64,000 nt of DNA from Narcine bancroftii (lineage: Eukaryota), in the NCBI RefSeq assembly GCF_036971445.1, contig NC_091470.1:64542001-64606000 (forward strand). Reading direction: 5' to 3'. The notes under the pieces are model-generated. The model was not told the DNA's origin and ran no database searches. It worked only from the letters and a program-made list of their open reading frames with translations. Position 1 is the stretch's first letter. Each line of letters begins with the position of its first letter. Made by a program: the position numbers and the translations under genes. This document shows positions 1-12,813 of the stretch, one piece after another.

Positions 1-12
1 CTTAATTTAATG

Positions 13-1121
13 CAGGGGTGGCCAAACCTTTTTTTCGTTGTGGACCATATACAGAAAAATGTAAGGAGTCACCTGCCAAACAATATTAAACCCAACATTT
101 TCAACCAGTTACACTGCTAGAAAAAAGGCATTTTTAGACCAGAAAATCCCAGTGCCATCAAAATTTCATTTTTTATCAAAACTATCTATATGACGCTACT
201 GAACCATTTAACTAGGGCGGCATGGTTGGCGTAGTGGTTAGTGCCACACTGTTACAGTGCCGGCAATCAGAACCAGTGTTCCAGTCCCACACTGTCTGTA
301 AGGAGTTTGTTTGTTCTCCCTGTGTCTGCGTGGATTTTCCCCGGGGGCTCCCGTTTCTTCCCACTGTTCGAGACGTACCTGGGGTTTGGGGTCATTGGGC
401 AGCATGGACTTTTGAGCCTAAATGGCCTGCTACCATACTGTATGTCTAAATTTAATTTTTATTTTTAATGTAAATTTAAAAATTAAAAAAATTGTTGACA
501 TAGTAGTTTATTAATGTGCTCATGTATTACAGTGGGTATTTCTATATATATTATATATATAATGATTAAATTAATAAACTCTTTAAAACTCTCATTCAAA
601 AGACAGTGCAAAATAAAAAGCTGGATGCAAAATTAAGAACAGGAGAAAAGATTAAGGGGACAAGCCAGTCTCTAAGATTCCTCCACAACTCTCAGTGAAT
701 GCAGTTCATGGTCCAAGATTATGATGCAATGTGTAAATCTGTAGATAGGCTATTAAAGTGAAATGATTCCTTGCAAATCAAACAAACACATTTCCCCTTG
801 ATTTCTGTGGAAAAAAATATTAATTTTTCCATTGTGTCTGAAATTTTCATCACACTCTTCTATTTTCTGTCTTTTAATTAACTGAGGTCAACATTTTCAT
901 CAATGAACAACATTTTAACAGTCAGATGAGTAGATGTTCAAAATGGCAGCAACATCCTAGTGTTGAAACTAAGAAGTGCAATGTACATACAGTCCAATTT
1001 ATTGCTAGAGACTATGCTCTAACAGGCCGTATTCCATTTTATTTTTAAAATTCACCCTGGACCACTTAAAAATTGGCAACAGACCAGTTGGTTATGGGGT
1101 ACTGTAGTTTGGTCACCCCTG
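13..1121. mobile_element. Non-autonomous hAT (Charlie-like) DNA transposon
   Basis: TIRs CAGGGGTGGCCAAAC (13-27) and GTTTGGTCACCCCTG (1107-1121) match 14/15; 8-bp TSD ATTTAATG at 5-12 and 1122-1129. Confidence 0.85.
215..455 (+). mobile_element. tRNA-derived SINE (HE1/V-SINE-like), nested in the hAT element
   Basis: tRNA-like head GGCGGCATGGTTGGCGTAGTGGTTAG, core TGTCTGTAAGGAGTTTG..TTCTCCCTGTGTCTGCGTGG; sister copies at ~11430-11628(-), ~27154-27405(+), ~54490-54680(-). Confidence 0.75.
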
Positions 1122-1508
1122 ATTTAATGGACTATGGTAGTAAAACAGTGAAAGTAACATTCAAGATATCCCAGATGTACCTTTGACCTACATGACCACA
1201 CTTGTATCAATGTACACATATTATTAAGTCATGCAGCACAGAAAGAGTTCTTTTGGCTCACCATGTCAATTTTGACCATCAAATGCCAGTTCATCAAGCA
1301 GTTAGATTGTAATCTTCTTATTGTTGGCAATACAAGAGCTCCTCTAGATACTTAAATATTGTGAGAATGTCTGCCTCTGCATGTCCAGAAATACATGTGC
1401 TGAGCCACTACATTTTATTTTTTTTTAAATCAGTATCAAGACTAAAAGATGTGAATGCATGTTTAGCTACACCATGTAAACATTTATTCTACTAATCAAT
1501 TTCATCAG

Positions 1509-1661
1509 CCAGATCTAAAATCAATGTTGTCTACAATACGGAATGGTATCTTCCACCAAGTTAAAAATACTGCTGAACAATTGAAATTGCTTGAAGTGGA
1601 TATTTATGAAACAGATCGAAGACTTGAATTTGCTGAGATAGAAAACTGCAAACTGAAAATG
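1509..1661 (+). CDS. CCDC175: Coiled-coil protein, probable CCDC175, internal exon (PDLKSMLSTIRN...ENCKLKM)
   Basis: catcag acceptor, 153-nt open exon, gtaagt donor; coiled-coil-like; joins in phase to the next exons; syntenic position convergent with JKAMP. Confidence 0.65.
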
Positions 1662-1695
1662 GTAAGTATAAGCTGATTGCCATTGATCTACTTTG

Positions 1696-4623
1696 GCTTG
1701 GCTTGGCGGACGAAGATTTATGGAGGGGGTAAATGTCCACGTTAGCTGCAGGCTCGTTTGTGGCTGACAAGTCCGATGCGGGACAGGCAGACACGGTTGC
1801 AGCGGTTGCAGGGGAAAATTGGTTGGTTGGGGTTGGGTGTTGGGTTTTTCCTCCTTTGTCTTTTGTCAATGAGGTGGGCTCTGCGGTCTTCTTCAAAGGA
1901 GGTTACTGCTCGCCGAACTGTGAGGCGCCAAGATGTACGGTTTTAGGCGATATCAGCCCACTGGCGGTGGTCAATGTGCCAGGCACCAAGAGATTTCTTT
2001 AGGCAATCCTTGTACCTCTTCTTTGGTGCACCTCTGTCACGGTGGCCAGTGGAGAGCTCGCCATATAACACGATCATGGGAAGGCGATGGTCCTCCATTC
2101 TGGAGACGTGACCCACCCAGCGCAGCTAGATCTTCAGCAGCGTGGATTCGATGCTGTCGGCCTCTGCCATCTCGAGTACTTCGACGTTAGGGATGAAGGT
2201 GCTCCAATGAATGTTGAGGATGGAGCGGAGACAACGCTGGTGGAAGCGTTCTAGGAGCCGTAGGTGATGCCGGTGGAGGACCCATGATTCGGAGCCGAAC
2301 AGGAGTGTGGGTATGACAACGGCTCTGTATACGCTAATCTTTGTGAGGTTTTTCAGTTGGTTGTTTTTCCAGACTCTTTTGTGTAGTCTTCCAAAGGCGC
2401 TATTTGCCTTGGCGAGTCTGTTGTCTATCTCGTTGTCGATCCTTGCATCTGATGAAATGGTGCAGCCGAGATAGGTAAACTGGTTGACCGTTTTGAGTTT
2501 TGTGTGCCCGATGGAGATGTGGGGGGGCTAGTAGTTATGGTGGGGAGCTGGCTGATGGAGGACCTCAGTTTTCTTCAGGCTGACTTCCAGGCCAAACATT
2601 TTGGCAGTTTCCGCAAAGCAGGACGTCAAGCGCTGAAGAGCTGGCTCTGAATGGGCAACTAAAGCGGCATCGTCTGCAAAGAGTAGTTCACGGACAAGTT
2701 TCTCTTGTGTCTTGGTGTGAGCTTGCAGGCGCCTCAGATTGAAGAGACTGCCATCCGTGCGGTACCGGATGTAAACAGCGTCTTCATTGTTGGGGTCTTT
2801 CATGGCTTGGTTCAGCATCATGCTGAAGAAGATTGAAAAGAGGGTTGGTGCGAGAACGCAGCCTTGCTTCACGCCATTGTTAATGGAGAAGGGTTCAGAG
2901 AGCTCATTGCTGTATCTGACCCGACCTTGTTGGTTTTCGTGCAGTTAGGTAACCATGTTGAGGAACTTGGGGGGCATCTGATGCGCTCTAGTATTTGCCA
3001 AAGCCCTTTCCTGCTCACGGCGTCGAAGGCTTTGGTGAGGTCAAGAAAGGTGATGTAGAGTCCTTTGTTTTATTCTCTGCACTTTTCTTGGAGCTGTCTG
3101 AGGGCAAAGACCATGTCAGTAGTTCCTCTGTTTGCGCGAAAGCCGCACTGTGATTCTGGGAGAATATTCTCGGCGACACTAGGTATTATTCTATTTAGGA
3201 GAATCCTAGCGAAGATTTTGCCTGCAATGGAGAGCAGCGTAATTCCCCTGTAGTTTGAGCAGTCTGATTTCTCGCCTTTGTTTTTGTACAGGGTGATGAT
3301 GATGGCATCACGAAGGTCCTGAGGCAGTTTTCCTTGGTCCCAACAAAGCTTGAAAAACTCATGCACTTTGACATGCAGAGTTTTGCCGCCAGCCTTCCAG
3401 ACCTCTGGGGGGGATTCCATCTATACCTGCTGCTTTGCCATTTTCAGTTGTTCAATTGCCTTATATGTCTCATCCCGGGTGAGGACCTCATCCAGCTCTA
3501 GCCTTAGGGGCTGTTGAGGGAGCTGGAGCAGGGCGGAATCTTGGACTGAGCGGTTGGCACTGAAAAGAGATTGAAAGTGTTCTGACCATCGGTTGAGGAT
3601 GGAGATCTTGTCGCTGAGGAGGACTTTGCCGTCTGAGCTGTGCAGCGGGCTTTGGACTTGAGGTGTGGGGCCGTACACAGCCTTTAGAGCCTCGTAGAAA
3701 CCCCTGAAGTCGCCAATGTCCGCGCTGAGCTGGGTTCGCTTGGCGAGACTAGTCCACCACTCATTTTGGATCTCCCGGAGTTTGCGCTGAAGATGGCTGC
3801 ATGCGCGACGGAAGGCTTGTTTCTTCTCTGGTCAGGACGGCTTTGTAAGGTGAGCCTGGTGGGCAGCTCGTTTCTTTGCCAGCAGCTCCTGGATTTCCTG
3901 GCTGTTATCATCGAACCAGTCCTTGTTTTTCCTGGAGGAGAAGCCCAGTACCTCTTCAGTGGATTGCGGTATGGTAGTCTTCAGCTGATCCCAGAGGGTT
4001 TCAGGGGACGAGTCCGTGAGGCGGATTGCATCCTCGAGCTTTGCTTTGAGGTTTGCCTGGAAGTTTCCTCTCACTTAGTCTGACTGCAGGTTTCCAACAT
4101 TGAACCTCTTTCTGGGGTCTTTACTGTTCCTGGGCTTTGGCTTGAAGTGAAGGTTGAGCTTTCAGCGAACCAGCCGGTGGTCAGTGTGGCATTCCGCGCT
4201 GGGCATGACCCTGGTGTGGAGCACATCTCGTTTGTCTCTTTCTCACACCAGGGTGTAGTCCAGGAGTTGCCAGTGTTTGGATCGGGGATGCATCCAGGTA
4301 GTCTTCAGGCTGTCCCTCTGCTGAGAAAGGGTGTTTGTAATGACAAGCCGCTGCTCTGCGCAGAGCTCCAACAGGAGGTGCCCATTGTCATTGCACTTGC
4401 CGACACCATGCTTGCCCAGGATTCCTGGCCATGTTTCTGAGTCTTTGCCAACGCGAGCGTTGAAGTCGCCAAGGAGGACAACCTTGTTGGCTGTAGGGGT
4501 GCGTCGAATGAGGTTGCGCAGGTCAGCGTAGAACTTGTCCTTTTCTGCTGGTTCCGCCTGGAGGGTTGGAGCATAGACACTGATGAGGGGGATGCAACGC
4601 TTGTTTTGAAGGGGGAGTCGCAA
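1696..4623 (-). mobile_element. 5'-truncated young RTE-clade LINE (AP endonuclease + reverse transcriptase, few disablements)
   Basis: ORF fragments VYAPT/LLGDFNARVG (APE), YRGITLLS, QCGFR, KQGCVLAPTLF, LLFADD (RT); (GCCAA)n 3' tail; 11-bp TSD GATCTACTTTG at 1685-1695 and 4624-4634. Confidence 0.92.
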
Positions 4624-5768
4624 GATCTACTTTGTATTGACTGGAAAACCAACACTGCAAATTTAATATTCCAAACACTTCTACAGGAGTATAAGCATTT
4701 AGCAAAATTTAACTAGCTGAAACTTGTTTATATTTACTTTATTAGATAATTGTTCAATACTGGAATACGATTTTATCCAAACATTAGATTTAAATTTTCG
4801 CAATATTCCACCAAGTGCTTCAGTTTACATTTCTTAACCAGTCTGAAGCAAGAGGGTACATAATCAGCAGCTTTGTACATCACTGTCCTAGTGGGACCAT
4901 CATGTACCTTGAAGATCCCTGCCTCTGGTCAACATCTGATCTTTGCATGAAATTCCTTTCACAAAAATGAATGAATATTAGCCACTGCAAAGGTAATTTA
5001 GACACAGCAGGCTTGTTATTCTTAGAAGTGACCATCACATTTAACTGCCTTGTCCCTTGACATGCATTTTTAGTTTACCTCAAGAACAAAATTACAGGTG
5101 CTATTGATCTTTGGAGCTTCACATTCTTTGATGTAAATTCTATTCTGTAAAATCATGGCAAAGGCTTTTGACTCCAAATGTTACCATGTTTACATCCTCG
5201 AGCTAATCAAAGTTTCAGAATGACTGCCATAATTGTGTGGTGATGAGAAGTTATCTTTCAAAATGTTCAGATGGTTTCTTTCTTTTTGTCAGCTGAACCT
5301 TCCATCTGTGCAAAACAAGTCCGGATTTTGTGGGCCAAGTACACAGAAAGTGATATTGAAGTATATTTTAAAGGCCATTCCCTTTGTCCAGATTTTTGAA
5401 TTTTGATTGTTATCATTGAAATTTATCTTCCATTCACCAACACCTACAACATGAATATAATTTCAGGTTTTGTGATTTTGACAACCATCTATGAGTGTCA
5501 AACCATCCAAGGAAATCTTCTGGACTGGTTAAGAAAGTAGCTGTACTTTAAAAAAAAATTGCTGTGCAGCACAGGGTCTCATCAATTTCCATTAACTCAA
5601 GAAAGAATATTCCTGTATTTAAAAAAAGAGCTATTGAGAAAATTCCCAATACAATGCTTGTTCTTAATTCCTGCTCCTTATCTGTGCATCTTTTAGAAAA
5701 CAAGATACTGTAGGTATTTTTAAAAATCCAATACAACTGATCTTGAATCACTTTATTTTCATTGGTAG

Positions 5769-5871
5769 TGCAATTTACAATTGATGAGAGATCTTGCTTC
5801 ACTGGAAAAAGAAGGAGAAAGGCAAAAAATCGAAAAGGAAAACCAGGATCAAGAGCTGCAAATCATCTACG
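5769..5871 (+). CDS. CCDC175: Probable CCDC175 internal exon (CNLQLMRDLASLEKE...LQIIY)
   Basis: tag acceptor, gtacat donor, phase 0 to 1, open and charged/helical. Confidence 0.6.
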
Positions 5872-6248
5872 GTACATGCATGGGAAATGTGTCTTTGTTT
5901 CAAATTAATAAATATTTTAATAGCTTTGTTCTAAGATTAACATTCAAACTAAAATAAAAATACAGGTATTTCTTAGCACCCAAAAATCTTGCATTAGCAA
6001 AATAATCGCAAGCAGTGATCATCCGAATGTTAGCATTGAAGTTGTAAAACCCAATGTAGATATGTTAGTTATCTGAGGCCTAGCATATTTTGTTTAGCTT
6101 TAAATTATTGTACCACATAATCCATTTCAACTACTATCTTTAAGAATTAAGCAGCAATTATTTTTTCTTCACACCTTCAGCTCTAACTTTAAAGTACTTG
6201 AATTTCTTGTCTAGATTATACCACTGCTTATTATCTTCTTTATTTTAG

Positions 6249-6292
6249 ATAACCTTATAAAAAGCTGGGCACTAGATTTCAGTGTTCAAAAG
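6249..6292 (+). CDS. CCDC175: Probable CCDC175 penultimate exon (DNLIKSWALDFSVQK)
   Basis: ttttag acceptor, gtaact donor; 44 nt restores phase 1 to 0 exactly between its neighbours. Confidence 0.6.
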
Positions 6293-6391
6293 GTAACTGG
6301 CAAAAGTATTTTTTTTTACTCATTTTTTATTCTGTACTTAATGACATAAGAATATTAGGTACATTTGTTATTGCTTTGTATCACTTTGCAG

Positions 6392-6565
6392 GAGTTTGCA
6401 GCATGTGATCAATGTATTTTGAATGCCATAGAAAAACTGAAAAACAAAATACAGCTCAGAGAGATAAAGCTCGGCAGCATCGGTGATCAGCTCAAAGAAC
6501 ATTTAAGTAAATTGCTCTCATTTGTGGGAAGCACACATTCTGCTGGTAGGCCAAGAACGACATGA
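6392..6565 (+). CDS. CCDC175: Probable CCDC175 last coding exon (EFAACDQCILNAIEKLK...RTT*)
   Basis: tttgcag acceptor, part of ORF 6365..6565, TGA stop; AATAAA at 6964-6969. Confidence 0.6.
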   Translation, partial: EFAACDQCILNAIEKLKNKIQLREIKLGSIGDQLKEHLSKLLSFVGSTHSAGRPRTT

Positions 6566-7320
6566 GCTTTGAATGAGTTGAACATGCTTTAAAACTTTCA
6601 ATTTTTCTGTGACAAAACCATCCCTATGACTGTACATGAGGTAGGATATTTAATGAATAGTATCACAACATGTATTTTGATCAGAATTGGAATATTTACA
6701 ATGGCTGTTGATCTTGTATGATACACTGCAAAAGTCTGCTCCTTTTGATTTAAGAAGCCTTTTGGAAAAATTCACGTCTTCAGATTTGCAAGCCCCTGAT
6801 AAGTGTTGAACTTTAGACCTGGAAGGCCTATGCTCAACTTTAAAAGTCATGATTAATTCTGATAAAATGTTGTCACCTTGCAAATACTGTAAAATGTCTT
6901 AAATACCAATGTAGTTTTGGCCAATGGAATTTAGGGGACAAAAAGCAACTCAGCAGAATATGAAATAAATTGATGTTTTATCTTTAAAAGGTGCCAATTT
7001 CTCATATGATTAGCTCTGTATTGGTGGTGTGTGTGTTACAAAAAATGAAGATAGTAATATTAGATTTAATGTGGCTTAGTTCAGTTCTCTGAGCCTTCTA
7101 TGTATTACCCATTCTTTGTAATGTTGTGACTGAGCGTGATAGAATTATACTTAAATGTCATCTCGCACTGATATTTCAAGAATGGTTTTTATTATCTTTC
7201 TCACCACAGGATGCCAAAAAAACAAAGTTATTCAGTGTGCAATATTTTCAACTTTATTACAAGCATCTGAAGAATATAAATAAAATGTTTCTGCCCAGTT
7301 TACAATGTGATTTTTATCAT

Positions 7321-7539
7321 TTAATGTCCATTACCACTTTCTGACAGTATCCTGGAAGGTTCTGTATATTTAGCAGTTAAAAGATAGAAAAGTGCTGGAG
7401 TAGGTACTAGAGCCAAGAGAGGTAAGTCTTGGTCCAGCTTATCCAGTCTGGAAATCGAAATTATTCCATAAGCATGAAGTATCCAGTGACTAAACAAAAC
7501 AATTAGTCTCTTCTTTTTGGTGATCAGATCCTTGTAAGT
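7321..7539 (-). CDS. JKAMP: JNK1/MAPK8-associated membrane protein, exon 7 (last; TYKDLITKKKRLIVLFSHW...SESGNGH*)
   Basis: Close match to the known JKAMP C-terminus; caacag acceptor; TAA stop; seven exons sum to 933 nt = 310 aa. Confidence 0.95.
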   Translation of the reverse strand, partial: TYKDLITKKKRLIVLFSHWILHAYGIISISRLDKLDQDLPLLALVPTPALFYLLTAKYTEPSRILSESGNGH

Positions 7540-7703
7540 CTGTTGAAGAGGAAAAGATTTTTTTAAATCAATTATATACAATTTTTCTTTATATTTGGCA
7601 TCTTAAACAACATTTAATTGTTTATCATCAAACTGGATTTCAACATTGTAATTTCATACCATCATGCAATTTGCATTAGTATTATTTTGAGCATTTGAAT
7701 TAC

Positions 7704-7780
7704 CTGTATTTCTGAAGCAGACATGTACACTGCCAAGGTGACCAAGGACAAGACAAGTATAATGTATGGAAAAGCGTAAT
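7704..7780 (-). CDS. JKAMP: JKAMP exon 6 (YYAFPYIILVLSLVTLAVYMSASEIQ)
   Basis: ttttag / gtaatt sites, phase-consistent, JKAMP sequence. Confidence 0.95.
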
Positions 7781-8309
7781 CTAAAAAAAAGTGCAAAGTC
7801 ACCCTTAAATTCTTTATAGGCATGTGGTAAATACACAAAATATCAACTTTTCCTTGCCATAACAGGGACACAAAAAGAATGTGTCCATTGATATTCATAC
7901 ATCTGCCAGCACCTCTTTTAGATCTTATCCACAACCGCATAGGCACCAACTTCCATGGCTTAGTAGATTTTTAGAAAACATCTGCAGGGTAAAGGTTCAT
8001 CACATGCAGGCAGTCAAATCTTGCAGAGGAGTGCTGTGTCTCCACTCTCCCAGGCCCAGAGCAATGCCATGATTTGTTCTTTGACAAACTCAAACATACC
8101 ATTGAATATATATTTTGCACCTATTTGAATGCTTACAAAGTTAATTTTATAGTGAATTAAACTAGTTTGGGAACCAGAATGAGAGGGCAGAATATACACA
8201 AGTAGCAATATTGTGAGGAAGGCTAGGCAATCAATAGGGTAAAAATGCACATGTAAGATTTAAGGATTTAACCTGGGGTACTTTGGAAACAAAATTGAAA
8301 ATGGTGATG

Positions 8310-11035
8310 AATACAACACTAAAAGTCTTGGATGTAAATATCCAGTGTAAGAAACAAGGTTGATGATCTTGCAGCTCAGCTGGAACTTGGCAAGTATGAC
8401 ACTGAGGCCATCACAGTTGTGGCTGAAACTTGATCATAGTTGGGAACTAAATATTTGTGGATACACTGTATCTGAAGGACAGGAAAATTGGGGGTGGGTT
8501 GGTCCTGCTGCTTAAAAATGGAATTCAATCTTTCGAGAAGAAACATTGGATCAGAAGATATAAAATCCCTGTGGGTAGAATTAAGAAATTGTAAAGATAA
8601 AAATACCCTGATGGGAGTTGGATACAGGCCTCCAAATAGTAGCCAGGATATGGCTTACCAACTCGATGGAGATAGGGCAATATTACAATAGTCATGGGTG
8701 ATTTCAATATGCAGGTTGGTTCTGGATCCAAAGAGATGGAATTTATAAGATGGCTCCTTAGAACAGGATGTGGTTGAGCCAAGCACAGAAATGACAATTC
8801 TGGATTGGATATTGTGTAATGAACCATAGTTGATAAATGAACCCTTAGAAGGCAGTGATCATAATATGATGAACTCCATCTGCAATTCGAAACTAAAATC
8901 AGAGGTGATAGGTGGAATAAAGGGGACTACAGAGGAAGTGGCACAAGTTAAATGGAAAGGTACACTCGCAGGGAGGATGGCTGAAGTTTCTGCAAGAAAT
9001 AAGGAAGATGCAGGACAAGTATATTCCAAAAAATAAATATTTGAATGGAAAAATGACAACTGTGGCCAATAAAAACTCAAAATCCAAAGTAAAAGCAAAT
9101 GAAAGAACATACAAGGAAGCAAAATTTAGTGGGAAGAAAGAGGGCGGGGAAGTCTATAGAAGGCAACTTACAAGGTCACTAGGAAGGAAAAAATGAATTT
9201 TGAAAGGAGGCTAGTAAATAATATCAAAAAGGATACTAAAAGCTTTATTAAGAGTTATTAAAAAAAAGTAGATATAGGACTGATAGAAAATGATGCTTGA
9301 GAAATTGTAATGGGAGACAAGAAATGACAGGGAACTGAATGAGTATTTTGCATCATTCTTCACTGTGGAAGATATTAGCAGTATAACTGACTTTTAAGGG
9401 TGCCAGGGAAGAGAAGTGAGTGTAGTAATGACCACCAGAGAGAAAGTGCTTGGGTAACTGAAAGGTCAAAATGTAGTTCAATCTCCCAACCACATGAAAT
9501 GCACCCTCACGTTCTGAAAGAAATAGCAATAAAGATTGTGGAGGCATTGGTAATGATCTTCCAAGAATCGAGAGACTGGAAAACTTCAAAGGTCATTCAG
9601 CTATTTAAAAAGGGAGGAATGCAATAGAAAAGAAATTGTAGACCTGTTAGCCTAACATCGGTGGTTGTCAAGATTGAGGTTACAGGGTACCTTGGAGGTG
9701 CATGATAAAGTAGGCCAAAGTCAGAATTGTTGCCTTAAGGGAAAATCTTGCCTGATAAATCTTTTGCAATTTTTGAGGAAACCACAAGGACATTCAGTGG
9801 ATATTTGGACTTTCAAAAGGCCTTTGTCATGAGGCTTCTTAACAAGATGAGAGCCCGTGGAATTACTACATGGATTGAGCACTGACTGATCGGCAGGAAA
9901 AAGAGAGTGGTAATAAAGGGATCCTATTCTGCTTGGCTACCATGAGGTATTCCGCAGGGGTCTGTGTTGGGGGTCATTTCATTTTACACAGTATGTTAAT
10001 CATTTGGATTGCAAAATAAATGGCTCTGTGGCTAAGTTTGCAGTTGATATAAAGATAGGTGGAGGGACAGGTAGTGAGAAGGAAATGAGAGGCTGGAGAG
10101 GCTTAGACAGATTAGGAGAATAGGTAAAGAAGTGGAAAATTAAATACAGTGCAAAGTGAATAGCTATGCACTTTAGTAGAAAGAATAAAAGGGCAGACTA
10201 TTATTTTGATGGGAAAAGTTCAAAATTTGGTGGTGCAAAAGGATTTGATTCACTAAAGGTTAACCTGCTGGTTGAGTCAGTGGTGAAGAAGGTGAATGCT
10301 GGGTTTAATGTATTGTATATGTTGAACATTTAGTGGGTAGGGAAGGGAGGGGGGGTGAAAAGGGGAGAAAATGACACTGTGTAATGACTCTGAGGGAAAT
10401 GTTTGTGTGTATTTTGGTTAATATGGTTCATAGTGTGAAAATTTTTTTTAAATGTGAATGCAATGTAGGTTATAAAAACAGGCATGTGATTTTGAGGCTT
10501 TATAAGGTACTGGTGAGACCTCTCGGAGTATGGGGTATGGTTTTGGGCTCCTTATTTAAGAAAGGATGTACTAACATTGGAGAGTTTTGAGAACATTTTG
10601 CAAGAATGATTCCTGGAATGAAGAAATTAGCATATGAGGAATGTACTTCTTGGAGTTCAGAAAAATGAGTGAAGACATCATAGAAGCATTTTGAATGTTG
10701 AAAGGCCTGGACAGAGTAGATTTGGCAAAGTTGTCTTCCATGGTAGAGGAGTCTAGGACAGAGGGGTCAATTTCAAGACTGAAGGGTATCCATTTAAAAC
10801 AGAGAAGCAGAGGAATTCTTTAGCCAGAGTGGTGAACCTCTGGAATTTGCTACCACAGGTGGCTGTGGAGGCCTGATGATTGGATGTATTTAAGACAGAG
10901 ATGGATAGGTATCAGAATAGTCAGGGTATCAAAAATGATGTGGAGAAGGCAGGGGAAGGTGGGAGAGTTGATCTGCTCAGGTGGAGCGGTCTCGGTGATC
11001 TGAACAGCCTACTTCTGCTCCTTTATCTTACGGTA
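8310..11035 (+). mobile_element. Degenerate CR1 LINE (endonuclease to RT 3' end) in JKAMP intron 5
   Basis: Fragments SLWVELRN..GVGYRPPNS, EGSDHN, HPHVLKE, LRLYKVLVRP, DVFKTEMDRY with many stops and frameshifts. Confidence 0.8.
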
Positions 11036-11175
11036 TCAGTGACAACTCAAAATGCAAAGTGCAAAATTAAATTTCCATCAACTCTACAAATCCTTAAATG
11101 CTCAAAGATGTCCTTTCCTCTCTGATTAATTAAAAATCATGTTCTGGCTGAATTTTACAAAATAATAATACTTAC

Positions 11176-11357
11176 AGAGCAGACCTCCACCAACTGCCTG
11201 AATCACTGTAAGAATTGGGAAAAAGTAGAGGGCTGCATAAATACTTTTAAATCGATCCGACTTTCCAAGACCACAAGCGATCTTTTTTACCAGGAGCGGA
11301 CGAAGCAGCATCATGAAAACCAGGCAAAAAGCATAGTATATAAAGACAATTGTGTAT
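11176..11357 (-). CDS. JKAMP: JKAMP exon 5 (YTIVFIYYAFCLVFMMLLRPLLVKKIACGLGKSDRFKSIY...GGGLL)
   Basis: ttccag / gtaagt sites; near-identical to vertebrate JKAMP. Confidence 0.95.
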
Positions 11358-11429
11358 CTGGAAGCAAACAGACAACAGACTCAGGTAATCATAGCAATGA
11401 AGTTGAAAATTCAGTGTTTGTTTCTTTAA

Positions 11430-11628
11430 TTTAAAAAAAATTAGACATACAGAACATCTGTAACAGGCCATTTCAAACAGTGGGAGGAAACCAGAGACCA
11501 CAGGGAAAACCCACGCAGAAGCAGGGAGAACACACAAACTCCTTACAGACAGTGTGGAATTCGAACCCTTGTCCCAATTGCTGGCCCTATAAAGGCATTG
11601 CGCTAACTACTATGCCAACTGTGCCACA
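11430..11628 (-). mobile_element. tRNA-derived SINE (same family as 215-455)
   Basis: Reverse-complement similarity to the SINE head and core. Confidence 0.7.
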
Positions 11629-11881
11629 CCTAATGTTAAATTCCAATTATCTGCTCATAAACCTCACGTCCATTATTCTGCACAGAGTGTTTACGGAAAA
11701 GTTTTCTCACAAAAATTCCAATGATTGCTTTTAATTTTATGCAAACCAGGTAAGGGCATAGAGAATACATCTGTATCTAAAAAGAATATTTTATGTCAAA
11801 TGTATTTACTCAATGGCTGTGAATAAATTAATGCACTAAGAAACTGAACATCATTGTACTTATCGAAAATCATATACTTAC

Positions 11882-12088
11882 AAAGGAAATACAGCTTCCT
11901 GCGTACAGTGCAAGGTAGTTATATAATCTGGACTTGGATTATATAACATTGTATACCAATCCGAAAGCATCTTCACATGGCAGGATCGGATCTTAAGCTC
12001 TCCCACTGGATCATTCACCAACAATGTGATAATGGCTGCAACAGCACATTCTAATAATGCAGTCACATGCTGAAAAAGTGCACTCGAA
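11882..12088 (-). CDS. JKAMP: JKAMP exon 4 (SSALFQHVTALLEC...CTQEAVFP)
   Basis: gtacag / gtaagt sites; LSDWYTMLYNPSPDY motif. Confidence 0.95.
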
Positions 12089-12658
12089 CTGTACAAAAAA
12101 AAAAGATTTTTCAGATGAACGTTGTTAAAAACTTTCAGATTGATTATGATGCACATGATTGTCCTTTAGACCCTCAATCTTTATTCACTTATTTTGTGGA
12201 TCTAACAACACTTTCTCTTGAATATGGTTTCCGTGGTATTTTTCACTTTGTACAAAAATCTTACCAGTCATATGTACAACTTTGCTGTGTAAAGAACAAT
12301 TGCCGATGAATTGAAAGAGCTGCAATTTCTATTTAATGAAAATAGAATTACTTGAGCACCAACCTCTGTTTTATTTCTTCAAAGCCCAATTTAGATATGC
12401 CTTTGGCCATAAACTCATCTGGACTCCATAATAAATGTTCAGTTCTACCCACGAAGCAAATTAAATGAAATGCAAATGAACAATCTTAATTCATTTACTT
12501 CCAGCCCCATAGATCGTACTGGATAAAATTTTGTGATCCAGCAAAAAAAAGTATAAGATTGAATCTATTATGACATTTATGACAATCAATTCAATAATGA
12601 ATAAAAATAGATTCAACCATATCCTATTATAACACAATGTTTCTCTAATAACACAAAC

Positions 12659-12813
12659 CTCTTTTTGCCCGAGTACCATTCAATGAAGAACCAGTGCAAA
12701 ACCAAAGGTAGAACTGCCATAAAGCCAAGATAGAGCCAGTCATACAACTCCGGTGATTCCTCACATTTACGACAAATCTTCAAGGCATCTGACCTTTCCC
12801 CTCTTGGGCATAC
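12659..12813 (-). CDS. JKAMP: JKAMP exon 3 (VCPRGERSD...WYSGKK)
   Basis: caacag / gtttgt sites; ESPELYDWLYLGFMA motif. Confidence 0.95.
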
